Positions 12,601-24,600 of a DNA stretch of 64,000 nt are shown one piece after another. Under the pieces are notes generated by a model. It ran no database searches and was not told where the DNA came from. It worked only from the letters and a program-made list of their open reading frames with translations. The stretch's first letter is position 1; every line of letters starts with the position of its first letter. A program made the position numbers and the translations under genes. The stretch comes from Dipteris shenzhenensis. Taxonomy: Eukaryota. The DNA is taken from assembly GCA_047967505.1 (NCBI GenBank), contig CM106538.1. The stretch is one strand, 5' to 3'.

Positions 12601-15600
12601 TGGCAAAATTGCGAATAGAGCGCCTGTAGAAGGAAGCAAGACCTAGAAATCCCCTCAACTGAGTAGGGTTGCGTGGCTGCAGCCAATCCTCAATGCATTT
12701 CACCTTTGCAGGATTGGCTGCGGCCAATCCTCAATGCATTTCACTCGAATGTCATCCTTGCTCACAATGTGACCAAGATACTCAACCTCTTGTGCCATAA
12801 AAGTGCATTTGCTGGCTTTAGCATAAAGCTGATGCAACCTCAAAAGAGAGGCTGCAAAATCTTATTCATGAGTGCCTGGAAGGTAGCTGGTGCATTGGTC
12901 AATCCAAAAGGCATCACCTTGAACTCATACAGTCCCCTCTCTGTGCGAAATGCTGTCTTGTGCTCATCCCCAGCTTTCATTCTAATCTGATGATAGCCGG
13001 ACCTCAAATCAATCTTAGTGAAAAACTGAGCACCCTTGAGTTCATCCAACAGGTCATCTATCCTGGGGATTGGAAACCTGTTTTTGATGGTGACCTTATT
13101 CAAGTCTCTGTAGTCAATGCACATACGGTAAGAACCGTCCTTCACCAACAGCACAAGGGATGCAAAAGGAGAAGTGCTATGAGTGATGAAACTCTTCTGA
13201 AGTAAGTCCCTCACTTGAGTTGCCACTTCCTCCCATTCTACCTTAGAGAGTCGGTATGGGGCCTTATTGATTGGTTTATTGCTAGGTTTCAAGACTATGG
13301 CATGATCTAGATCTCTTCTCGCAGGCAACTGTGATGGCAAATCAACAAACACATCTGCAAACTCTGACTCTAAGAGCAATCTCTGCATATCACAATCATC
13401 AACACGGGCAGTGCCACCCTCCTTAGCCACTGACACATTTAATGCATATATGGCACTGCCCCTCTTGAGCTCTCTGGCCAACTGCCTTGCTGAAATGACC
13501 TGCAATTTAGGAGCTGCAATACCATGCAATGTAACCAATCCATCCCTGTGGACAAACCTGACTGTTAAGGCATTGAAATCCATGCTGATTTTGCCAAGTG
13601 ATTGCAACCAATCACAGCCCTGGACAACATCTATTGGGCCCATGTCAAGTGCCAAGAGATCACCTGCAAATGTATAGTCATCAGAGAACTTAATCCTTGC
13701 ATCTTGGCAACAAGATCTACTGACCATATGCTGTCCACTTGCAACTTCTACTCTCAGCCCATGGTCTATCTCAGTAGCAATCAGTCCCACCCTCTGTAAG
13801 GTCTTGCAGTTAACAAAACTGTGGGTGCTACCGCTGTCCACCAACACATGCACAATCCTGCCATTAATCATTCCTATTAATCTAATAGTATCAACACTTT
13901 TGGCACCCATCAAGGCATGCATGGAAATAGCATAAAGTGTTGGTTGGGCATCCCAATAAACCTCCTCCTCATTCACAAGAGCATTACCACCTACATCTTC
14001 ACGTGCATAAAAAGGCATCGCATCGTGATGCTCCACAGAGAAGAGTGTGGGCCTACGGCCTCTCATGCCACCAGTGGGCATAATCTCATGCGAATGCGAA
14101 GCATGAGTGTCATGCACAGTAGCACAACCAGGATCAAAAGGAAAGTCAGTGCCTTTCGTGGCTCGAGTGTCAGAAGCCTCATCTGCATCATGTGTTTTTG
14201 CCATCTCATCCTGAGACGTATCCAAAGAACCTAGGGCATCAAACAATTCCTCATCATCTGAGAGGTCAACGATCATGCTGAGCTTAGCAGTACCACTCTT
14301 GCGCATCTTGCACACATTCCTGTGCTAAGAAGTCCATTTCTGGCCACATTTAAAACATAAGTGGGCCTTCTTTCTGCTGTCCATTATTGCCCGTGTATGC
14401 TGTTTTATCTCAGCGTGCTCATTTCCAGCAGTAGGCTTGCCTCCATGCTTGGCATCAGGATACCTATAAGGCCTTGTTAGAATTATTGCTATAATTTAGC
14501 AGTGACCAATGTAATGTAATAAGTAGGTTAGGGGCACTTTTCCCTCACTTAGAGGTTTTTCCCCCTAACCACAGTTAGTTCACTAACTATGGTTAGTGAA
14601 GGATAAGGTTTTGTCACTTAGACAAAACCTATCACTCCATTCAGTTGTATCTCTGTTATCTATTTGCAACTATCTTTTCAGCTCTCTCTCACTCCTGCCT
14701 CTTGCTCTCACCTTTGCTCTCTCCCCTTCTCACATTTGGTATCAGAGCAGCGTTCCCTCCCGGACGTGCTCCCAGCTCCTTGCCCAAACTCCTCCTGCAT
14801 CATCGCCGTACAGTCCCAGCCTGCGCAGCATCCGTACCATTTCGCATCAGCTGCCCGTACAAAACGTTCGTACCAGACTGTCGTACAGCTCGCCATATCG
14901 TCCGTATAGACAGTCCGTACAATCTGAACGGACTGATTCCGTACAGTCTCGTACTGTACCTGCGCTGCCTTCGGTACTGTCTCATCGCCATCGCCGCCGT
15001 ACAACAGAGCCGTACAACTCGTCGCCAGACTGTACGGTTAGCCGTACAGTTCCGTACAGCTCCTGCGAACAGTTCGTCCGTACTGCACGTGTGGCGTCGT
15101 ACACCTGCAGTTCGTCCGTACACCTCCTGCGTACAGTTCGTTCGTACAGGTCACCATTCTTTCCGAGCAGCCTGTGTCTCCGTACATCCGTACAGCAGCA
15201 GTCCATTCAAGCATCTTCCGTACAATCCGTACTGTTGCTGCAAATCCGTACTGTCGGGCATCAGTTGTCCGTACAGTTGGGCCCTTGAACCTTTCATTGG
15301 CGTTGTACCCTTCGTAGGTGTCTGCACTTTGTGCAGATTTTCCTTGGAGGATTTTCTTGCAAGATTACTTTGCAGGTTTTTGCTTTACAGAAAAAGAGCA
15401 ATTTGGGAACTTTGCAGGAAGCCATTGTTTGGCAGAGCAGTTTTTTGGCCAGATTCGAGCATATTATTGGAATTGGGCATTTTGCAAAATTTGGGGTTTT
15501 TCTTGGATTTGCCCCAATTTCACCTCAACATTTGGGGCTTTTGCAATTACACTGCAATTTCGCAGTGAAATTTGGGGCTTTTGCAAATAGAGAGCAATTT

Positions 15601-18600
15601 GTGCAACATTTGGGGCTTTCAGACCATTTGCCCCTTTCTGGTTGCAATTTCAAGCCACAAATTGGGGCTTTTGTGTTGGGAGAGCAATTTGACAAGTTTC
15701 AGTTCACATTGCCTTTCTGTGAGTGTTTTGAAGCGCTTTTAGCAAGTTTTGGGAGAGATTGGATACTCTGGCAGATTTCTGACAGAGACATTACAAAGAT
15801 TTGAGTTGCATTTTTAGCTAGTGTTTGGCTGTGGCTTTTGGGATTTGTGCATTCTATTCCCAGCACGGGAATTCAGATTTGCATTTGTTGTATTTTCTTT
15901 CTCAGACATGGCCCAGCAAAATCAGAATGATTTCGGTTTCAGTCGTCTCTCACAAGAGGATAAGCTGGACGGTACCAACTACTCCCTCTGGAGTTTTATG
16001 GTACGCAATATTCTGATTTCTCGTAATTTATGGGACTATGTAAGTGGGGATGAGTTCCGGCAAGCAAATGTGGCACCTAATACCCCTCCCCAACAAGGAG
16101 GAGGCAGAGGTCGTGCACAAGGTACATCTGCAGCACAAGTTATTTTGGTGCAATTATACCTACCACTCCAGAGCAAAAGAGATGGGATTCACGTGATGCT
16201 TTAGCTTTGTCGTGTATTTCTCTTTCAGTGAAAAGATTCATCATTCCACATATCCGGTCGTATAAGACCTCAAAGGCAGCATGGGATATTTTGGAGAGCA
16301 TGTATTTGGAGAGCATGTATGCAGCTCGAAATGATGCCAAGGTGTCTTTTTTTAAAAGAGAATTGTCTCATACACATATGAAAGAGGGTGACTCCATGTC
16401 AGTGCACCTCACAAAGCTACAGGATTTACGAGAGCAGTTGCTGAATATTGATGAGATCATTCCTGATTCAGAGATGATTACCACTACTCTGAATTCTCTT
16501 CCTGAGTCTTATCTCAGCTTTCATACCTCGCTGAATTTGTCGTTGAGGGGGGGTGCAAATCCTCTCACTTTTCACGAGTTGATAGGACTTCTGCTGCAGG
16601 AAGAGCAGACCGGGAAAAACATGGCTTCACCAGCAGGTGAACATGCCATGCTCTCAAAATTCAAGCCTAAAGTAAAGGGACAGGCAAAGACTTCAGCAAA
16701 TCAGCCTTCCAGTGGTTCAGAACAGCCTTCTCAAAAGGCTAAGGGTGATGCAGGTAAACCCAAGAAGAAGGAAATATGTCATTACTGCAAAAAGCCAGGT
16801 CACTACATTGGAGAATGCAAGAAAAGGCTTGCAAAAGAAAAGAAAAACAGCTCCGGTATGGCTGTCTCAGATTCAGCTCCTCATGCATCTGACAATGAGC
16901 AAGCTACAGCCAACTTTGTGGAGCACGACTATGCCTTCTTGTCTTGCATTTCAAACTCTCAGTTGGCTGCTCGGGATAGTATAGCCACTTGTAATGATGA
17001 CACTTATGCTTTTCTAACATGCAGTTATGATTCTTCCAAGGATGCATCAGCTTTCAGTGTCAATGAGACACATAATACATGGTATTTTGACAGCGGTGCC
17101 TCAAAGCATATCACTTCCAAGAAGTGTCTCTTCACATCTCTGCATCCACCACCTGTTGGTAAAAAGGTCACATGTGCCAACAACTCCTCCTATTCAGTCC
17201 GTGGTACAGGAGAAGTTGAACTTACAGCCATTGATGGCTCAACACTCAGAATTTCTCATGTCTTGTATGTGCCTGGTATCACAAAAAATCTACTTTCAGT
17301 GTCCACTCTTAACAGAGCTGGATTTCAGGTCATTTTTGAAGATGACAAGTGTGCAGTCCATGATAGAGAGCATGACTATGCCTTGAGATTGTCTGGCACT
17401 TTGTTGCGTGGTCTTTTTCAGCTTGACATGTATGAGAAAAGACCAGCACATGCTCTTGCAGTTTCCACTCCTACTGCTGCTATGCAGAATGCGGAGTTAT
17501 GGCATGCGAGATATGGACACATGCATTATGGCAGCTTGATGACGCTTCAAAAACATGCCATGGTTGATGCATTGCCTCCTCTTGAAACACCTCCTCCACA
17601 TGCTTGTGAAGGGAGCATTCTTAGTAAAATGCACAGATCTCCTTTTAAGAAGGATGGATCAGTTAAAGCTGTTCGAAAATTACAGCTTATACATAGTGAT
17701 GTCTGTGGTCCCATGAGGACTCCATCATTGGGTGGTCATCTTTACTTTGTCACTTTTATAGATGACTACTCCAACTACACTTGGGTTTCTCGGCTGAAAC
17801 GCAAATCAGAAGTGTTTATGGTTTTCAAACACTTTGCAGCCATGGTTGAGAATGAATCCGGACTCAAGATACAGACATTACGCACAAATAGAGGAGGGGA
17901 GTACTTGTCTGCAGATTTTGATGCTTTTTTGAAAGACAAGGGCATTGTACATCAGCTTACAGTGAGGCTAACTCAGCAAAATGGCAAAGCTGAGAGAAAA
18001 AATCGTACTCTTATGGAGATTGATAGATGTATGCTAAAAAGCAAAAAACTGCCTCACAAATTTTGGCTTGAAGGTCTCATGTGTGCCAATTATGTTTTGA
18101 ATCGGGCACCCACAAAAGCTTTGAAGTTTGGCAAGGGAGAAAGCCTTCTGTGGATCATTTCCATTGGATGCCTTGCATATGCTCATGTGCCCGTTGAGTT
18201 TCGGCATAAGTTGTCTGATAAGGCAATAAAATGCCTTGCATATGCTCATGTGCCCGTTGAGTTTCGGCATAAGTTGTCTGATAAGGCAATAAAATGCATT
18301 TTTGTTGGATACAGTGCAGAGAGCAAGGGCTACCGTCTCTACAATCCTGTCACACGCAAGATTATTGTCAATAGAGATGTAATATTTTCAAATTCAGCTC
18401 ACACTCAAGCTGAATTTGATATGCCTTCTTCTTCCGGTGATGTCTTTGAGGGGTTACTACCCATTGCCTTGGGTTCCCCTACTAAATATCTAATGAAAAT
18501 CAGAATTTTCAGATACCTCCACATGCTCCGATTCAGCCACAAGATGTCATACCACCTCCACAAGCCGTGGAAGAGGTTGTTCAGCAAGAAATTGCAGATA

Positions 18601-21600
18601 TACATGCAGCAAAAACAGTCCCAAATTGGCTGTTACAAACTCTCAGGGAGAGTAAAATTGATGCTCCATTACCTGGCAGAACTCGGAGTGCAGTAAGGCA
18701 TGGGGGAGGTGCTCTTTCAGTTGAATCAGCCTATGCAGGTACTCTTCTTGATGAGGAGGAACCTGAGACATTTGAAGAGGCACAGGATAATGTGCATTGG
18801 ATGAATGCCATGCACGATGAGTTACAGTCCATTCAGAAAAATTAGACATGGGAAGTTGTCGATTTGCCACCAGGTAAAAATGCCATAGGTACACGGTGGG
18901 TTTTCAAAGTTAAAAGAAAGCCCGATGGTACCATTGACAGGTACAAGGCAAGGCTGGTCGCAAAAGGATATGCTCAGAAAAAGGGCATAGACTATGAGGA
19001 GACTTTTGCTCCTACATCCAGGATGACAACCATCCGGTCAATAATAGCAATGGCTGCAAATTTTTAGTGGAATGTTCATCAGTTAGACATAAAAACAGCC
19101 TTCCTTAATGGAGACTTGTTGGAAGAGGTTTATGTAAAACAACCTCCAGGCTTTGAAATTTCAAGAAATGCACTTCAGGTATGCAAGCTCAATAAAGCTT
19201 TGTATGGGCTGAAACAAGCCCCACGTGCATGATATGCAAAGATTCATGCCTTTCTGACCAGCAAGGGGCTGCACAACAGTCCAACTGAAAGCACCCTCTA
19301 CATCAAGAAGGATGGGGGGGATATTTTAGTCATCATTCTTTATGTAGATGACTTACTGCTCACAGGGTCAAATGAAGATAATATTGCAGATTTTAAAGCT
19401 GAATTGCAGACCACTTTTGACATGTCAGATTTGGGGCTGCTACACTTTTATTTGGGGATCCAGTTCACTCAAGAGCAAAGTGGCATCGGTATGTCTCAAT
19501 CCAAGTATGTGCAAAAACTCTTGGACAGATTCAACATGCAGGATTGTAAGCCCATAGCTACTCCCATGGAGCCGGGGCTGAAGCCTACAATGCATGAAGC
19601 AGGTGAATCATTTGATGTCACACTCTACAGTCAGGCTGTTGGATGCCTCATTTATCTCTGCAATACACGACCTGATATTCAGTTTGCAGTTTCTCAGGTG
19701 AGCAGATATATGCACAGCCCAAAGACTATGCATTGGCAGGCTGTAAAACGCATCTTCCGTTATTTACAAGGTACCAAGTCTTTTGGCTTGATGTTTCCCG
19801 GGGGGGTTGACTTGCAGATGCATGCCTACGATGACTCAGATTGGGCTGGAGATTATGACACTAGGCAGTCCACAAGTGGCAATTGTTTCTTTTTGGGTAA
19901 GAGCAAGAAACAATCTACAGTGGCTACCTCTTCATGTGAAGCTGAGTACAGGGCAGCTTTCACAGCGACAGTTGAATGTGTTTGGCTGCGTCGTTTATTT
20001 GCTGATCTTCATCTTTCATTGGAGGGTCCTTCTCCAATTCTCACTGATAGTCAAAGTGCTATTGTAGTGGCAAAGAATCTTGTGTTTCATGCTCGTACGA
20101 AGCACATTGAGGTTCACTATCACTACGTCAGAGAGAAGTTGCATGCAAGAGAGATCAACATGACCTATGTGTCAACACATGACAATGTTGCAGACATTTT
20201 CACCAAAGCACTTCCACGTGAAAAGTTTGAGGCATTTCGCAGTGCCCTGAACTTCTCTCCTTTTGGTGATTGATCATTTCCTTGTACATAACATTGGCAC
20301 TGCATGGGGGTGTTAGAATTATTGCTATAATTTAGCAGTGACCAATGTAATGTAATAAGTAGGTTAGGGGCACTTTTCCCTCACTTGAAGGTTTTTCCCC
20401 CTAACCACAGTTAGTTCACTAACTATGGTTAGTGAAGGATAAGGTTTTGTCACTTAGACAAAACCTATCACTCCATTCAGTTGTATCTCTCTCATCTATT
20501 TGCAACTATCTTTTCAGCTCTCTCTCACTCTTGCCTCTTGCTCTCACCTTTGCTCTCTCCCCTTCTCACAGGCCTAGCATACCTGTAAGGCCTGGCTCAG
20601 GAGTCCATTTCTAGCCACATTTAAAACATAAGTTGGCCTTCTTTCTGCTGTCCATTATTGCCCGTGTATGCTGTTTTATCTCAGCCTGCTCATTTCCAGC
20701 AGTAGGCTTGCTTCCAGGCTTGGCATCAGGATACCTATAAGGCCTGGCATATGGCATCTTACTACCCGAGACAGTAGGATAGGAAAGTGAGGAAATGGTG
20801 CTGCTGCAAATGTCTTGTCAGTCCACTCACCAACTTAGGCTTCGACTCACCGTCATACCCCATAGCATGCGAGCTGTCCATGGCATTTCTGTGCTTGCTA
20901 GCATATTTAGGCTCGAATACTTCTACAAGCTGAGCTGCCCTCTCAATTGTTTGAGGGTTATGTGCCTTCACATCTGCAACGAGAGAAGAATATAACCCAT
21001 GGATGAAACGCAACAGCTTTCCCTTTTCAGATACGTCCTGCACAAACAGGGAAAGCCTCCAAAAGCGCTGCAAGTACTCTTGGATCGTACCAGTCTGTGA
21101 CAAGGCATAAAATTCAGCCAATTATTGATCCAATACAAGTGGAGATACAAAATGTAGTGACCATCAATTCTTTGAAACCCCTCCAAGTGGTTGGTCTCTA
21201 AGGCGAATCCCTCATGTATCGCCACCATGTGTGGGCATAGTCCTGCATATGCATACCTGCAAAAATGATGCGCTCCTCCTCAGACTTGGGGTAGAAGCGA
21301 AAATAGTCTTTCAACTTCGTGAGCCACTCCTCCAACTCATTGGGAGTGCGAGTGTCCCCTTTAAACTTATGCACTGTGAGTTTGTCCATGATATTCTTGG
21401 CTGTGTGTAACCTCCAGAAGTGCGGGCATCATCACGCTTGAGGTTCACATAATCGGAGAAGGGCATCTCAAGTTTAATGGCCTCAGGTAGGGCCCTATAT
21501 GAACACAAAGAATCTGCCAACATGTCATCAAAACTGGCTTGCTGCCCACCACCAACTCCCTGTAGCATAGAAGCTGCTGCCATCTAATGCACTGGCTACG

Positions 21601-24600
21601 TCTGGCTATATGTGCTCGCTGGCGGAGCGATAGGTACATGAACCCCGGGCTAGGTCTCTCTGCCAAATGCATCTCTCCAAAATGATGGCATACCAAAGGG
21701 CTGAGAAGAGGACTGACCTCTCTCCCAGGGGTGTGGGCTGCCATATAAACCCAAGCCAGCTCCAGGTATACTCCTTGGTGCAATGAAAGAAGCACTAGCC
21801 GGATGCACACCAACGAACCAGCCCAAAAGAGACGGCTCAGCCTGCATAGATGCAGAAAGATGAGAGCCAAAAAATGGCCTGACATCCTGCAAGAAGGTGC
21901 TCTGTGGCACAAAAAATGCATCATCTATGTCCAAAGAATCCCCAAGCTAGGGTACATGCAATGGTCCAAAAGACTGATGCTCATAGGCACGATGGGCATA
22001 TGCCATAAAACCCCTGCGTGGAGCAGACAAAACATCCTGACTGTCTGAATGGTCCCCTTGCTGGGGTGTGGGCTGCTTACCCTATCCTCTAGAAGCATTC
22101 AAGAACATCCTAATTGTCTGAATGGTCCCTTTGCTGGGGTGCGGGCTGCTTAATTCCTCTTGAAGCATTCAGAAAAAAGAGTCTCCTATTCTCCTTCAAA
22201 CCTATGATTTTACCACGCTTTACACAAAGATCGAGCTGGAAGACCTGAAGTTTAGAATAAAAAAGCTAGTGGCTGAAGTTTTCAAGCCGAGATTTGACAA
22301 AGATAGATGCAAAGTGCTAAAAGTTGAGAAAACAGCCTTATGCTTTGACTTTTTGTGGCTAAAAAATAAAGATCATGACATAGGTTCTAAAAGTTGAGAA
22401 AACAGCCTTATGCTTTGACTTTTTGTGGCTAAAAAATAAAGATCATGACATAGGTTCTAAAAAGAAAAGATACACAAAGGTAGTAAGTGTAGAAGATGTT
22501 GGCTTTTGGATAGATTTTCTTTTAGATAACCTTTACATCACAATAGGTGATTCTTTGTTTCAACAAATTATAGGAATCTTCATGGGCACTAATTGTGCCG
22601 TCTTTTTAGCAAACTTTTATCTTTTCACTTATGAATTTGAGTTTATGCAACATCTTATTTCTAGCAATACCTGCCCTATCATTTTACATAAGCTTAGCCA
22701 AGTTCGGCGTTTTATAGATGATTTATTTGCACTAGATGTTCCTAACTTTCAAGACTTTATGTACAAAGACGCTAGTGCTTTTGAAGAAAGAATCTATCCT
22801 CGTGACTCTTGTGAACTGAACTACACTTCAAGAGGGGATTCTTGTGTTTTCTTAGATCTTAGACTTTCTCAATCTACCATAGGATTAGAGGTTGATATAT
22901 ACGATAAACATGAACAACCTGAATATAGTGGTTTACACATTATAAAAATGCCTTACATTGACTCAAACATTTCTAATTTGGCAAAGTATGAAGTCATTTC
23001 TTCCCAATTCCATAGATTTTCCCGCCTTTGTATAACTAAGGAGTCTTTTATCACTCAATGTAGTAATTTGATCACTTTACTATTACACAAGAGGTATAAT
23101 CCAAGGAAAATAATGAAAAAAGTACACACAATCTTAGATATGAAATCTTTTATCTATGGTGTATCGGCCTTAGGTATGTTTAAAATGATTGAACATAAGC
23201 TGAAAACAAAAAGCGAGAAGCTGAATAGCCCGTTTTTCTTTCAGTTTCAAAAGAGAGTTTGTTTGAGTATGCTTGTGCTTTCTAAGTTAGAAATGTATTT
23301 TTGCCTCTTTGTAGGAAACGATACATAAGTGTAAAGGGCCATTTCGCTTATAATGTTTTAAATAAGAGTGAGAGAGAGAGAGAGAGAGAGAGATTCCAAT
23401 TTTTTGGATAAACTTGTTTCTTGACTTGCTTGTTTATTTTTGCTTAGTCACCTGCGTCCTTTCTTCTTTATTTCTTGTTTTCTTTCTCTTTTGTTTATTT
23501 GACGTATATTAGTAAGCACTGGGTTTGCCCAAGAGACTCTGCGGATCTTTAGAAACCCAGTATAGCTGCTTATGCTTGGGCACTGATGACGACATAAGTA
23601 TTGCTTTGCTTGCTAAGTATGTCTTCCTTTTGTTTTTCATAAAAGTTTTTGTTTACCTCTTTTTTCTTCTCTTTCATTCTCTTTTATTTTCTGTGTAGAT
23701 TTTTTATCTTTAGAACAACAAAAAATCTAAATTTGTATGATTGGACTTATTCTAGTCTTACAAAGGTATCTGCTTACCCTTATCCTGCATAGCAATGGCA
23801 GATGTGATCTGCTGACCAATCTGCTGTCCCATCTGGACAAGAGACGTATCCTGCATAGCCATGGCTATGGTAAGCTGCTGGCTGAACTCCTGTCCTATCA
23901 AGCAGAAAGCACCCTGGAGCATAGAGGAAAGGGCATCCTGAAACTGCGTCTGTGCGACCTGCACTTCCCGAGATGCAGAAAAGAGAGGCTAAGTGGAAGG
24001 AACCTCTGCACCAATCTCAACCCCCTTCAAGTCGGCCCATAGGGCTGCATGGGCACACCCTACCAGCCAGCCAACTAGCTAACTAGCTAGTCAGCCAAGT
24101 TGGCTGGGAAAGTAGGCATATATGTTGGCAAGAACCTTCATGGGGTGGCTTTCAGTTTGGTGGTTTCCTATTAGTGATTATAGCTGGTCGGCTTAGTGCG
24201 ATTGGGCCATGGAGTAACTTGTTGGTGATTGGCTCTCTGGTGTAGTAACCGTGTGCATGAGAGACAAGTGACAGCATAAGGCATGGCAACGAAACCTCTT
24301 GGAGGCTAGCTCCAAGAGGGTCGCATGGAAGGGCAATTCTCTGCTTCTACAAAGCTCGTGAAGGATGACACTGTTGAGTCTCTTTGTCTGGGCACCATCT
24401 AAGCTACTCTTGCTCATGAGAGTCGCTTTAAGCATGTTTCTCTCTAGCTAGTAGAGTCGTAAGAGCAGATGCTCAATAGGGTCCGTAGTAGTGTCGATCA
24501 TCGTGATCCTTTTGCTTTGTATGCCAAAAAACTCAATAGAGGTGAGGCTGGTTGATCTCAAAGTCTGTCGTGATAAATAGACCTTTTTTGTTCTACATAT

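Larger units (their letters stand above)
10265..22170 (-). mobile_element. Decayed Ty3/gypsy chromovirus (family B), host of the Copia insertion; probably continues at ~23745-23990
   Basis: 3' LTR begins at 11991, preceded by PPT GGGAAGGGATGGC (11992-12004); gag at 20762-21990; pol at 12072-14315. Confidence 0.88.
22171..23735 (+). mobile_element. 5'-truncated Penelope-like element (Naiad/Chlamys-type RT) with 3' non-coding region; edges approximate
   Basis: AT-rich insert interrupting the gypsy sequence; RT motifs (next feature); hammerhead-like motif downstream. Confidence 0.75.

Noticed and set aside
14596-15568. 230- and 307-aa ORFs in the Copia 5' region
   Set aside because: They start inside the LTR and cross the PBS; the stop-poor CGTAC array explains the open frames.
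23513-23582. HDV-like ribozyme interpretation of the pseudoknot
   Set aside because: No convincing P1.1, P4 or J4/2; the CTGATGA/GAAA/UH register fits a hammerhead better.
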